DNA from: a virus
Taxonomy: Duplodnaviria; Caudoviricetes
Length of the DNA: 43,929 bases
IMG/VR virus record: IMGVR_UViG_3300032320_002037
Span: 1-43,929 of that record
Direction: 5' to 3' (one strand)
The notes below the pieces were generated by a model. That model had not been told where the DNA came from. It made no database searches and worked only from the letters and a program-made list of their open reading frames with translations. Below are positions 19,001 to 27,461 of the stretch, in pieces (positions within the stretch are counted from its first letter, which is position 1; every line of letters starts with the position of its first letter). The translations under genes were made by a program, and so were the position numbers.

Positions 19001-22000
19001 GTAAAGAGCCGTGCTCCAAAAGCAGCCTTTGCTATGCTACCGAAGCCGATTAGAGAATTTGCTGATTGGATGGTTGGGCATTTTCAAAGTCTTGTCAAAG
19101 GAGCTCAAAGCTGGATGCGGTTGTCTGGTGGAGATTATCAGGGCGCAAAGAATGTTAAAGACCTATTTGACACAATTCGTCGCTCTTATAGGCAGGCTGA
19201 ATGGGATGCTATGCAGGCAGAGAAGTTTTTGGACATTGAGCCTAGCTCTATGATTGAACGTGGAAATGAGTTTGCATTTGCACGAGATTATAGCAAGCTG
19301 GGTCAGGTTGGTGATGAGCCTGTTACTGACATGGCTACGATGAAAAAGTTCATTGGTTCCACATGGAATAAGACTATTCAGTCAATGCATACTTTGGCGA
19401 ATACAAATGAGGAACTCTTTGAACCGGTGATGGCTGTGATGAATTCACATTCAGATACGACTAACACCATTGCAGATATTTTTAAAGTAGTTGCTGGAGA
19501 GCTTGATGGAAATGATAAACTTAGAATGACTAATCAAGCTTTTAAACGTGTATTTAGCTCTGAGCCGTTGACTAAGCTGTTTAATGATATTCAAATTCGA
19601 GCTGAGGTTGCAGGAAAACGAATGATTACCGTAGATCCGCAGACTGGAAAAGAAGTTTTTGACATGACCGCGCTGTCACCTGAACTGCGTGGTAGGCTTA
19701 CACAGTTTCAACCGGAGGCTCAAATGGCTTTGGTGACTATGACTGCGCAGGCAGAAAGAGCTAACGGATTGGCACAAAAGAAATTTCTTGAGTCCTCGTG
19801 GAGTAGGTCGATTTCTAATTTTGCCACGTTGCTTGGTGCAAAAACTTCTTTCAATAAGGCTGACTTTAAGAAAGCTCAACCTATTGCTGAAGGTGTGTTA
19901 AATGACTTAAAAGCGGCTAATGAAACTGTGGATACTTTCCAACAATCACAGTTAATGGAGCAGGCGGTTAGCAAACTTTCTGCACTGGATGAAACAGATC
20001 AGGCTAGAGCAATGGAACAAGCACAGGAAATCTTTAGTCAATATGATGACTTGAAGAAGTTCTATGACGAACGTCCTGCGTTTATGTCTTTCCGTCGCTA
20101 TGGTAATGTTAAGCAAAGAATTTCTAAACCAGGTCAACCAGATGATGTTATTGATGCTGATTCAAATGCAGACTTGGTTGAGAAGCTGAAGTTTTACAAA
20201 GCCCAGGGCTGGGAAGAAGTTGGTCCGCGTGAGGTGCCTGATAAGAAACAACGTGGGCAATATAACCTTAATGCGGAGCTGTTGAAAAAGATGCAGCTGC
20301 AAGAGCGCAGGTTTAAAGAAATGATTCAGGAAAGTCCTATTGATGCAGCGGATAAAGCTGCAATCTTGTCTACTAAGACCGCATCTGAAGTTTTGATTAG
20401 CGAAATCAATGCTAAGGAATTGTTTAGACCTACAAAACGCAGGGCGCTGTCTGGTGACCTTGAACGCTTTGATTGGTGGGAACAGTTTCAGAACTATATT
20501 CCCCGCGCGATAGCCTCGGCGCAGAGGGAAGCTCTTAATGCTAAAGTCAACCACTGGATGCAGAATCCAGCTTTGACAGATATGAGGTCGCAGAAAGATC
20601 AATTCCTTGCACTCTTTGAACAAAGCAAGCAGGCTGATCCGGAGTGGGCTAGGAAGTTAAATAAAACGAATGCTGTCTGGCATATCGGATGGAACCTTCC
20701 TGGGCATATCGCTGAGGTGTTCCAGCCAATGATGTCTGGCGTGCATGAGCTTGTAGCTAAAGGAGAAAGTCTTCCTGGGGCGCTTAAGATGTTTGCAAAA
20801 GCTGAAAAAGAAACTATTCGGCTGCATGCTTATAAGTTAAAAGACAAGTTCTTTAATCCTGACAAAGCTAAACTTACCATCAACGGTGAAGACTTTGAAG
20901 GCATGCCTGCTGTGTGGCTTAAAGCCAATGGGACAACACCTGAGCAGTTAAACATTGCTCGGATGTTGCAAGCAAAGCGAGATCGAATTCAAAAAGCTCC
21001 ATTGAGTGAGTTGAGAGATTTTACTGGAGAAAATCATGCTCGCTTGCAAGATACTTTAGACGGTAAACGGCAGAGGACTTTAGGAGAGATTATTGCCAGT
21101 CCCTTTACAATGTATGCTAAAGGGGCGATGGATTTTTACTCAAAGTTTACTCAGCACAATGGTGTTGTGACTTTGGTTACAGCGTATAGAAAGTTCCGCA
21201 AAGATGGTTTGTCACATGAAGATGCCATGCAACGCGCGGAGTTGTTTGACCTTACGGTTAATAACTCTGGTGGTAGGCTGGAGCGTCCTGAAATGTTTGG
21301 CAAACTCGGTGGTGCTGGACATATGGTTTATGGCTTGAGTAGTTATATTCGAGGACGCTTTAGCCAGCTGGCAACTTATTACCGTCATGGTTTTGATGCT
21401 AAGCAGTTTGAAGGCAAGCTAACTCCAGCAGAAATGAAATCTGCACGAAAAGCTTTTCAAACCATGATCTTGGCACAGGTCGGTGCTGCTGGTGTGCTGG
21501 GCATGCCTTTTGTCGGAGCTGGAATTGCTCTTATGGAAGAGCTGCTTGGCGAAGATCTCAAAGGTAAAATGATCAACGCATTGGATGAAGTGACCAACGA
21601 TCCAACATTGACTAGGGTGTTTACTCATGGCATGATGTCAACATTGTCTGAGAGCCTTGGGGTTCCTGCAGATTTACATTCTCGCTTCGCTTTGAGTTCT
21701 TTCCTTGGGACGAATTCCTACGATGGTATGAGTGCCAAGTCATTCATGGGTCCATCGGTTGCAATGCTTGACTCGATGTTCAATCTTGGTGGTCAGATTG
21801 CTCAAGGTGAGGGCTTGGAGAAAGCTTTGACTGTTGCTGGTCCTGGTGGGGTTAAGCGTTTGGCCGAGGCTTTGAGTGAGGACTTTCAACGGAACAATCC
21901 TGAGGGTAACCTGGCAATGTCAATGCTTGGCTTTAGGTCTAGCCAGCAGATGAAACAGCGTGAACGAGAACAGATTCTGCGTAAGCAAGAATTAGAAGCA

Positions 22001-22420
22001 CGAAAAGAACTGACTAAATCAGCTACTGAGATTTCTAAAGCAATGGCATTGAGCCCGCGCCAGGGTCGCATGCAGCTAATGATGGAAGCAGATAGATTGC
22101 TGCCGCAAGGATTGGATCAGCAGGCGATAATTAAACAGCGCCAGCAGAATGTCCGAGACTTGATTAACAAAGTTGCAACAATTGAAGCTGATAAAGTTGG
22201 ACCTCAAGACGTTCGTAGGGAAATTTCTGGGCGCGTAGCTCCGCTGGCAAGCCAAACCGCTCAGTCAATGGGAGTGCAAATGCCGAATCCGGTTGAACTT
22301 GCCCGCGCCTTGGCACAACAACAAACGCGTTCTAAACTGGGCGCGACGGTTAGCCAACGACCAATTAAGAACGCGATGTTGAGAGAGATGCAGTGGGAGA
22401 AAAATCCCTGGGACTTCTAG
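16073..22420 (+). CDS. Large internal virion/DNA-ejection protein with a zincin-like HExxH motif
   Basis: 2115 aa; G/A-rich hydrophobic N-terminus, coiled coils, FAHEQSH and downstream EWLANV. Confidence 0.7.
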   Translation: MPTFQQIYSQYNSARQKNLIGPDESIADFAKKALDFTGDPSYQSVAEGGTVGNWVRQRSADLTNLVNAGPVDEWTSEAVGRVGDLFGVTPAASRAMGARLPRMAVDFLPMMAAAPFTGGASFIPALGMGATSALSAASAYEDTGELGSAVIGAAAPYLGTALAQRGGQAALGLAAKSPMLQKLGFTGGTKYVNAALSEAERALLAASGNLSAEAIAGTTVNKTVVDRLADKGLGYFGGQLAANAGFFGLDTAYHGPAATFNRDYLFNSLVGNVAFGLADIPRAFSANVLPGSQTFNLPEAPKVYNSPGEQRAVEAAAMFQDLKDPVAFEQQRKKYGLDIADISMKTQELAEALNAKEMGLRVNETDFISKWNNYVANTPEAQAAQFPTIKRGGAFGSELLGMKEVLGMESLPTKAQEIVAGFKKQNAQLKAQVDGVVRNLGSPIKYTDSLNLSVEKLGLDEFLRTPLEQRDYATALKDSWISLDGADLIRDIHRKDAGLKPLRPDLYQEFIDLFKGKPATFTPDKHMELLVAASLARGKTPKFDLSKKQAQEAIKEGQTDEVVIKEALKGMEEENKETINTFRPPVNTPTPEAIVVDTAKLQELQQQRALLEQQLATAQAEGREIDARLDQENLVELNKQLDEADARLNKFNELKTQAEEAPPQVQQTISDRLIASIPAKWPENVKAIVADFYRTGDDTQLKEIGIDKDSALRKQVAYRNLREADPAYEQRLVDWNKARTKADAERRKVLNTLPVKLETLTPDMQEVLRNNRADVQRIPTEFLLAENWNRVKDQDGNEYLIPKPEGEFQSAEGFAKTLMGKLVSPEMLSESSNELVKLAKLLNNPEIGYAEMAADNAQVYGAASYKAKQILLNTKAFTGLKASDRAAFVFAHEQSHISFAKAIEGKYGPDAKIQAEKALAWVNAADPQMKKNVEDVLKELHLGKDLAQMDGIRDVLNNPDSQEWLANVMGMYAVGTVKSRAPKAAFAMLPKPIREFADWMVGHFQSLVKGAQSWMRLSGGDYQGAKNVKDLFDTIRRSYRQAEWDAMQAEKFLDIEPSSMIERGNEFAFARDYSKLGQVGDEPVTDMATMKKFIGSTWNKTIQSMHTLANTNEELFEPVMAVMNSHSDTTNTIADIFKVVAGELDGNDKLRMTNQAFKRVFSSEPLTKLFNDIQIRAEVAGKRMITVDPQTGKEVFDMTALSPELRGRLTQFQPEAQMALVTMTAQAERANGLAQKKFLESSWSRSISNFATLLGAKTSFNKADFKKAQPIAEGVLNDLKAANETVDTFQQSQLMEQAVSKLSALDETDQARAMEQAQEIFSQYDDLKKFYDERPAFMSFRRYGNVKQRISKPGQPDDVIDADSNADLVEKLKFYKAQGWEEVGPREVPDKKQRGQYNLNAELLKKMQLQERRFKEMIQESPIDAADKAAILSTKTASEVLISEINAKELFRPTKRRALSGDLERFDWWEQFQNYIPRAIASAQREALNAKVNHWMQNPALTDMRSQKDQFLALFEQSKQADPEWARKLNKTNAVWHIGWNLPGHIAEVFQPMMSGVHELVAKGESLPGALKMFAKAEKETIRLHAYKLKDKFFNPDKAKLTINGEDFEGMPAVWLKANGTTPEQLNIARMLQAKRDRIQKAPLSELRDFTGENHARLQDTLDGKRQRTLGEIIASPFTMYAKGAMDFYSKFTQHNGVVTLVTAYRKFRKDGLSHEDAMQRAELFDLTVNNSGGRLERPEMFGKLGGAGHMVYGLSSYIRGRFSQLATYYRHGFDAKQFEGKLTPAEMKSARKAFQTMILAQVGAAGVLGMPFVGAGIALMEELLGEDLKGKMINALDEVTNDPTLTRVFTHGMMSTLSESLGVPADLHSRFALSSFLGTNSYDGMSAKSFMGPSVAMLDSMFNLGGQIAQGEGLEKALTVAGPGGVKRLAEALSEDFQRNNPEGNLAMSMLGFRSSQQMKQREREQILRKQELEARKELTKSATEISKAMALSPRQGRMQLMMEADRLLPQGLDQQAIIKQRQQNVRDLINKVATIEADKVGPQDVRREISGRVAPLASQTAQSMGVQMPNPVELARALAQQQTRSKLGATVSQRPIKNAMLREMQWEKNPWDF

Positions 22421-23685
22421 TCTTTCTTCTTCAAAGCCATATAAAACTCAGGTGTTGTAATAGCCTGAACCGCTTGACCGTTATCGAACGTAGCAGTTAC
22501 CTGCTTGATTTGTTCGATAGCGGTCATTTGGTCTATAAGCGTGTCGATGTCTTTTTGCTGAGCATGACTGAGAAACGCTGCATAGATTTTCTTTCTAGTG
22601 ACGTAGTGAGGTGGGCGTTCGACATGCAGACGAATAAACTGCTGGATGCCTGCCATAGTTGCTGCGTGCGGATTACGACCAACTCCAGCAAAGATCGTGT
22701 CAATGTGCTGTTGTGCATCGGTGACAAGATCCACTGCAAGCTGCATATCTTCTTCATCTAAGATAAGCGTGTCAGAATAAGATAACCTGGTAAGCATAGC
22801 AACTTTGATAACTTGAACTGATTTACTCTGCAAGAAGTTTTGCTGAGCCGATGAAGTGGCGCTTTCCAACTCGTGAAAGTTTTTAGCATACCATTTGTTG
22901 TAAATCTTTTTACCAAGGTCACTAAAATCAAACTTACCTATGAGCGTTTGAATTCTCTGTCCGTGCTCGATAAGCACACGCTCAGCTTCAATCTGCTTTT
23001 CGGTAATAACCGGCTCAGGAACTGGCTTGGAGTTTCTATTAGCAAAGATATAAATAGTTCTACGAGAAAAACCACCAGAGAGAGCATTCTCGTTAATCAA
23101 CGATCGAGTCAGCTCCGGTGTCATGCATCCAAGCAAAGTGATGTATGGGTAAGGAAGATTTACCGAGCCACGAGAGATAGTGGCTGCATCAAAGGTGGGC
23201 TGTGGATTATAGATTTCTGTGAGAAGCTGAATCCAGGCTAGAGGGTCACCGCCGACTTGGACGAGGTTAACAAACTCGTCAGAGAAGACGGCAGCTTTGG
23301 TGTAGTTTCTGGGTTTGTCATTCCACTTGTAAGTCATGAGGCAAGGAGATGGGACACGGTCGCCTTGTTTGTTTTTGTGCCCAGCCATGAATTCAACAAA
23401 AGCTTCTTTGGAGGATGAAGCTGGAGCCATAGGGAGAGGTTGTTTGGGTGTGGAAATCTTGCCTACAAGACGTTTGGCAATGTCTTTGGCTGTGGACTTT
23501 TTGATCCCAGGCGGGCCAACGAACATGATGTATAGGTTGGGTTGAATGTTGCCAATGGGTCCCATGTCTTTCCAAAGGTTAGGGCCGCAACAGGAAGATA
23601 GAACGGCGTAGGCTCCCCATGCATGGAAAGAATCAGGAGCTTCGTTGCCGGAAGAGTAGATTTGGTAGGCTTCTAGAAAGTTCAT
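22417..23685 (-). CDS. DUF3987-type AAA+ ATPase, putative replicative helicase
   Basis: PNLYIMFVGPPGIKKST Walker A, FSDEF Walker B, GGFSRR arginine finger. Confidence 0.72.
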   Translation of the reverse strand: MNFLEAYQIYSSGNEAPDSFHAWGAYAVLSSCCGPNLWKDMGPIGNIQPNLYIMFVGPPGIKKSTAKDIAKRLVGKISTPKQPLPMAPASSSKEAFVEFMAGHKNKQGDRVPSPCLMTYKWNDKPRNYTKAAVFSDEFVNLVQVGGDPLAWIQLLTEIYNPQPTFDAATISRGSVNLPYPYITLLGCMTPELTRSLINENALSGGFSRRTIYIFANRNSKPVPEPVITEKQIEAERVLIEHGQRIQTLIGKFDFSDLGKKIYNKWYAKNFHELESATSSAQQNFLQSKSVQVIKVAMLTRLSYSDTLILDEEDMQLAVDLVTDAQQHIDTIFAGVGRNPHAATMAGIQQFIRLHVERPPHYVTRKKIYAAFLSHAQQKDIDTLIDQMTAIEQIKQVTATFDNGQAVQAITTPEFYMALKKKD

Positions 23686-24542
23686 TAGTCAAGAATAGCT
23701 TCAAGAGTAGGTTTAAGTGGAACTCCTTTATCCGAAAGCATTTCAAAGCGGACTTTGGCTAGGAAGCCTTCGGGGGAGTTTTGAGAGTAGTAAATTTGTT
23801 GTTCGTGTGTCAAGCCGGAGCCTACGGTAAATTCGTGGCCGCTGGCAGTTTGGCAGGTTAATTGGAAACCTTGGTTACCTTTTTCACCCGTGGTGAGGTC
23901 GAAGCCGAGGATAAGGAAATCGTCGTCGATCCAACCTTTGCGCTTAAGGAGACTTTTCCAACGGTTCTCTTTGTTGCCACAGTCTTCCGCGAATCCATAA
24001 GGAGCAAGGGGAAGACGATACATAAGTCCTTCGTATCCTTGAGACCTGTATGTTGCATAAAGCTCGTCGTCCAGTCCGGGAATATTGACAACAGTTGTGG
24101 GGACAACTTTAATAGTCGTTGCCGAATGGATGACCAAGTTGGTTTTGAGAAGTTCGAGGAGGGCAGCACGCTCGTGGAAAGGGCGATGAAGATTTGTGGT
24201 ATCGACGATGTCGAAGACATGGTATTGGATTTCATGGGTGATAGATGAGGTGGCTTTGCGCTTGACTGCAACAGCGGAGTTGATCTGCTGAAGAGACTTG
24301 CCGTGGCAGTAAAGCTCGCCGTCGAGCAGCCATTCAGGTGGGCAAGCTAGAGCGAGCGGTTTAGTGAAATGCTGAACTACTTCTGGATTCCAGACTTTGC
24401 CTTCTTCCTCACGCAAGCCGCGAGACTGCATAACACCTTGGTGGTAGAGCGCGCGAACACCGTTGAGCTTTGGTTGGACATAGAATGGATGGGTAAGTTT
24501 GGATCGGTGATCCTGCCATTTGAAGGCGCACATGGGTTTCAT
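23685..24542 (-). CDS. lig: ATP-dependent DNA ligase (minimal)
   Basis: QPKLNGVR, LDGELY, YHVFD, EGLM, LLKRK, OB-fold VGSG; ATG at 24542 overlaps the upstream stop. Confidence 0.88.
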   Translation of the reverse strand: MKPMCAFKWQDHRSKLTHPFYVQPKLNGVRALYHQGVMQSRGLREEEGKVWNPEVVQHFTKPLALACPPEWLLDGELYCHGKSLQQINSAVAVKRKATSSITHEIQYHVFDIVDTTNLHRPFHERAALLELLKTNLVIHSATTIKVVPTTVVNIPGLDDELYATYRSQGYEGLMYRLPLAPYGFAEDCGNKENRWKSLLKRKGWIDDDFLILGFDLTTGEKGNQGFQLTCQTASGHEFTVGSGLTHEQQIYYSQNSPEGFLAKVRFEMLSDKGVPLKPTLEAILD

Positions 24543-24799
24543 AGAATAACAATCTGCTGAGGTTCTGGGTATTTGAAACTTACCCATTCAATGGGGGTTT
24601 TGTCTCGGTGGAACATGTTTGGTCGGATGAAGGTTTCGAAGGTAAGGGACCAGGTCTCGCACCAGCGCCGCATGTCAGCTGTGCCGCCGAATAGAGGTTT
24701 GATGAAGCGGGAATCGATCTCGACATAGGAGTCGAGTTGGAGATCGCGGAGGATTTGACAGCGGAGCTTGGAAGCTTCGTGGGGTTTTAGGAAGAGCAT
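24539..24799 (-). CDS. Hypothetical protein
   Basis: 86 aa, coupled to the ligase gene. Confidence 0.6.
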   Translation of the reverse strand: MLFLKPHEASKLRCQILRDLQLDSYVEIDSRFIKPLFGGTADMRRWCETWSLTFETFIRPNMFHRDKTPIEWVSFKYPEPQQIVIL

Positions 24800-24990
24800 G
24801 GGAGTTGGCAGAATGAGAAGTCGGTTACGAACTTAGCAACACTGTTAGCTTTGCTTAGGGATTCGTATTTGACGTAGTCGTTGAATTTACAAATTAAACG
24901 GGATAGAAGATTGACGTCTTTGTGACCGTGCCGGGTGGGTTTGTCAGTAATGCGGGCGATGGTGCCTGGTAGGTATTCAATATAGTGCAT
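24787..24990 (-). CDS. Hypothetical protein
   Basis: 67 aa directly after polA. Confidence 0.5.
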   Translation of the reverse strand: MHYIEYLPGTIARITDKPTRHGHKDVNLLSRLICKFNDYVKYESLSKANSVAKFVTDFSFCQLPCSS

Positions 24991-24992
24991 GG

Positions 24993-27461
24993 TTAAATTT
25001 CTCCTAGTCGATAGTCTTCATCTGTGTGCATCCAGGATTGACCGTAGCCTCCTTCAAAGGGGATAACAAGTCGCTCGTTGGCGATGGATAGGGTGTTGTT
25101 GAAGTAGGATTGAATTTTTGCAATTGCCCATTCCGTTTTTTCAATTGGAAACTGTCCGCAAAGCGCGTCATGCACTGAGTGCAAGGGCTGGATGATAAGG
25201 TCACCGGACGTGGTTCTGTTGTCAGGATCGAGCCACAGCTTTTGCATGGCCAGATTTGTGGCATAGGTGGTATTGGCTTGGGGTTCATGGGCGTAAGCGG
25301 CTTTGAAGGTTTGGTCGTTACCTGGGCGTCCGAAGAATGTGCGGACGTGGCCTGAGGCACAGGAGAGGGTGCGGTGCTTGGTTACTTGTTGCTGGACCCA
25401 GCGTTGCCAGGAGAGCACACCGGGGTAACGTTTGAAGAAGACGTTTTGGACTTTTTTACAATCGTTAGGTGGAACCCAGACGACGTTGAGTTCGGCGGAT
25501 TTTTTGAAGGTTTGAAGGAGGATGTTGTTCGCCATGGTGTTGGGGCCCATGTCGTATGAGGATCCGTGCTGAACAGCTTTGCAGACAGCGTAAAGATGCC
25601 CGGGGATGGAGACTGTCTTGGTGAGACGTTTGATCTCATCGCGGGGTAGGTCATTGATGTTTACGGTTACTTCGTTGAGCTGCCCTTGCATTTGCATATA
25701 CATGAGAGCGATGATTTTGGCAGGTTTCATACCTGCGCGGTAATCGTCGAGCATGGTGGGGTCACCGAGCATGGAGGCGCGAGAGGCTACTGTCCAACCA
25801 TCTGCGCCGGAAAGGTCACATTGGAAGAAGTGGTAGCCTGGGTCTGGCTGGTAGAGATATCGAAGCTGTTTTGTAATAGTCTGAAGGTTCGTTCCTGATC
25901 CTGTAACTGATCCTGAGCAAGACAAGCGGCCCGTCTCTGTTCCAACCAGGTTGTAGGAACATCTAACTCTTTCGTCAGGGTCAGTTGCCAGCTCAAGTTG
26001 CTTCCGAACGCCTTCGAGCTTCTTCCATCCGAGGGCGCAGGCCAAGAATGGATGAGTGTTTGCTCCTTGTTTGATGATGATTTTAAGCATTGCGTCTGCA
26101 TTGGCGGTGAGTTTAGTGGTTTTATGTCCAGCTTCCTTGATGTATTGAGGCTCAAAGCCGAGCTTTTTATACAGAAGGTCGCACATTTGCTTAGGTGAGT
26201 TAAGGTTGATTTCCTGGTTAGCATGACTATTGCAGGCTAACTGGAGCTCGAGCATTTTGGTTTTAATCTCGGCAAGATTAACTTTGGCAGCTTTAGTGTC
26301 ATACTTGATTCCGCGCAGGGACATGTATTGCAAAGATGGGATCAGCGACATATTAAAGTCGTAATGCTTGCGTTGGTCTGGAGTCATCGCTGCCATGTGG
26401 TTTTGATGAATTTCCAGCGTTACGGCGGCATCTTTACAACAATAGGTTCGATGGAGTTTCTTTGCTTCGGTGATGTCAAGATCGGCACCAGAAGTTCGCT
26501 CGAATTTGTAGTATGGTTCCTTTGACCAGATGGACGCTTGAGTTCCCAGGCTTTTGGGAAGTTCAGGGTATATTTCCCAGCCTGATAGCATGGTGTCATG
26601 CTGAATGTTTCGAGCGTTAATGCGCCACAGCCAGGCAAGGACAACGTAGTCATAGAGAGAGTTTTGTAAGACTTTAGGAATCGTGGGGTCGGACATCATT
26701 TTATTGAATGACTTCATTACGATGCCTTTGGTCTGGTCGTCGAAGTCAGAGAGGTTAATTGTCCAGGCTGAAGATGGATCGGTGGATATACCGATGCAGG
26801 TTACACCGTTGAGGTTTTTGTGAGTGGTTTCTTCTGGGTTTGGGACACCTCCTTCTATGTCCACGGAGCAAAGTCGTCCTTCCGAAATGGAGGCCAGTCT
26901 TGCAAGGCACTCGCTGGCGGTGAGGGAGGGTTCGAGCTTTCTGATGGGTAGGGATAACTCGTTTGAATGGGATTCTTCACAGGCACGGTTAATGTCAAAT
27001 TGAAAAAGGGGTGCTTCGTCCCAGACTTTTTGCACATATCCTGGAGAAAAGGTTCCAAGGCATTTATAAGCGCCAAAACCAGAGAACAAGGTTCCTCGGT
27101 AAACGTTGATTTTATGATATACACCGGCAGCCCAGAGTGGCGTGCTACCGAGGAGCAAGATACAGTTAGGCTGAAACTTGTTGAGGTCGGACTTGAGAAT
27201 TCGGAGGGACTCATGGAAGTCAGGATCAGATTTGTTAATGTTTTCTACGTCGCCGCTGGGCGGGATTTGATTATAGACATAACCGCGAAAGCAGTTAGAC
27301 ATGATGATACCGGAGTTTTGCAGGGCTGCGGTGAGAAGACCAGAGGAGGGACCAGCGAATGGTCGGCCCTGGGCAAGCTCGTGCGGACCTGGCGCATCAC
27401 CGATAATGGCTAAGCGGTAAGGTGCAGGGGAGAGAGGAAAGGCGTTGGGAAGGTGGGTCAT
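24993..27461 (-). CDS. polA: Family A DNA polymerase with N-terminal UDG-like domain and 3'-5' exonuclease
   Basis: IGDAPG..GRPFAGPS (UDG family-4-like); exonuclease SVDIEG, QNSLYD, YCCKDA; TETGRLS, TNLQTI, motif A CDLSGAD, motif C VHDAL. Confidence 0.92.
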   Translation of the reverse strand: MTHLPNAFPLSPAPYRLAIIGDAPGPHELAQGRPFAGPSSGLLTAALQNSGIIMSNCFRGYVYNQIPPSGDVENINKSDPDFHESLRILKSDLNKFQPNCILLLGSTPLWAAGVYHKINVYRGTLFSGFGAYKCLGTFSPGYVQKVWDEAPLFQFDINRACEESHSNELSLPIRKLEPSLTASECLARLASISEGRLCSVDIEGGVPNPEETTHKNLNGVTCIGISTDPSSAWTINLSDFDDQTKGIVMKSFNKMMSDPTIPKVLQNSLYDYVVLAWLWRINARNIQHDTMLSGWEIYPELPKSLGTQASIWSKEPYYKFERTSGADLDITEAKKLHRTYCCKDAAVTLEIHQNHMAAMTPDQRKHYDFNMSLIPSLQYMSLRGIKYDTKAAKVNLAEIKTKMLELQLACNSHANQEINLNSPKQMCDLLYKKLGFEPQYIKEAGHKTTKLTANADAMLKIIIKQGANTHPFLACALGWKKLEGVRKQLELATDPDERVRCSYNLVGTETGRLSCSGSVTGSGTNLQTITKQLRYLYQPDPGYHFFQCDLSGADGWTVASRASMLGDPTMLDDYRAGMKPAKIIALMYMQMQGQLNEVTVNINDLPRDEIKRLTKTVSIPGHLYAVCKAVQHGSSYDMGPNTMANNILLQTFKKSAELNVVWVPPNDCKKVQNVFFKRYPGVLSWQRWVQQQVTKHRTLSCASGHVRTFFGRPGNDQTFKAAYAHEPQANTTYATNLAMQKLWLDPDNRTTSGDLIIQPLHSVHDALCGQFPIEKTEWAIAKIQSYFNNTLSIANERLVIPFEGGYGQSWMHTDEDYRLGEI

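Noticed and set aside
16073-22420. Virion RNA polymerase
   Set aside because: No DxDGD or other polymerase motif seen
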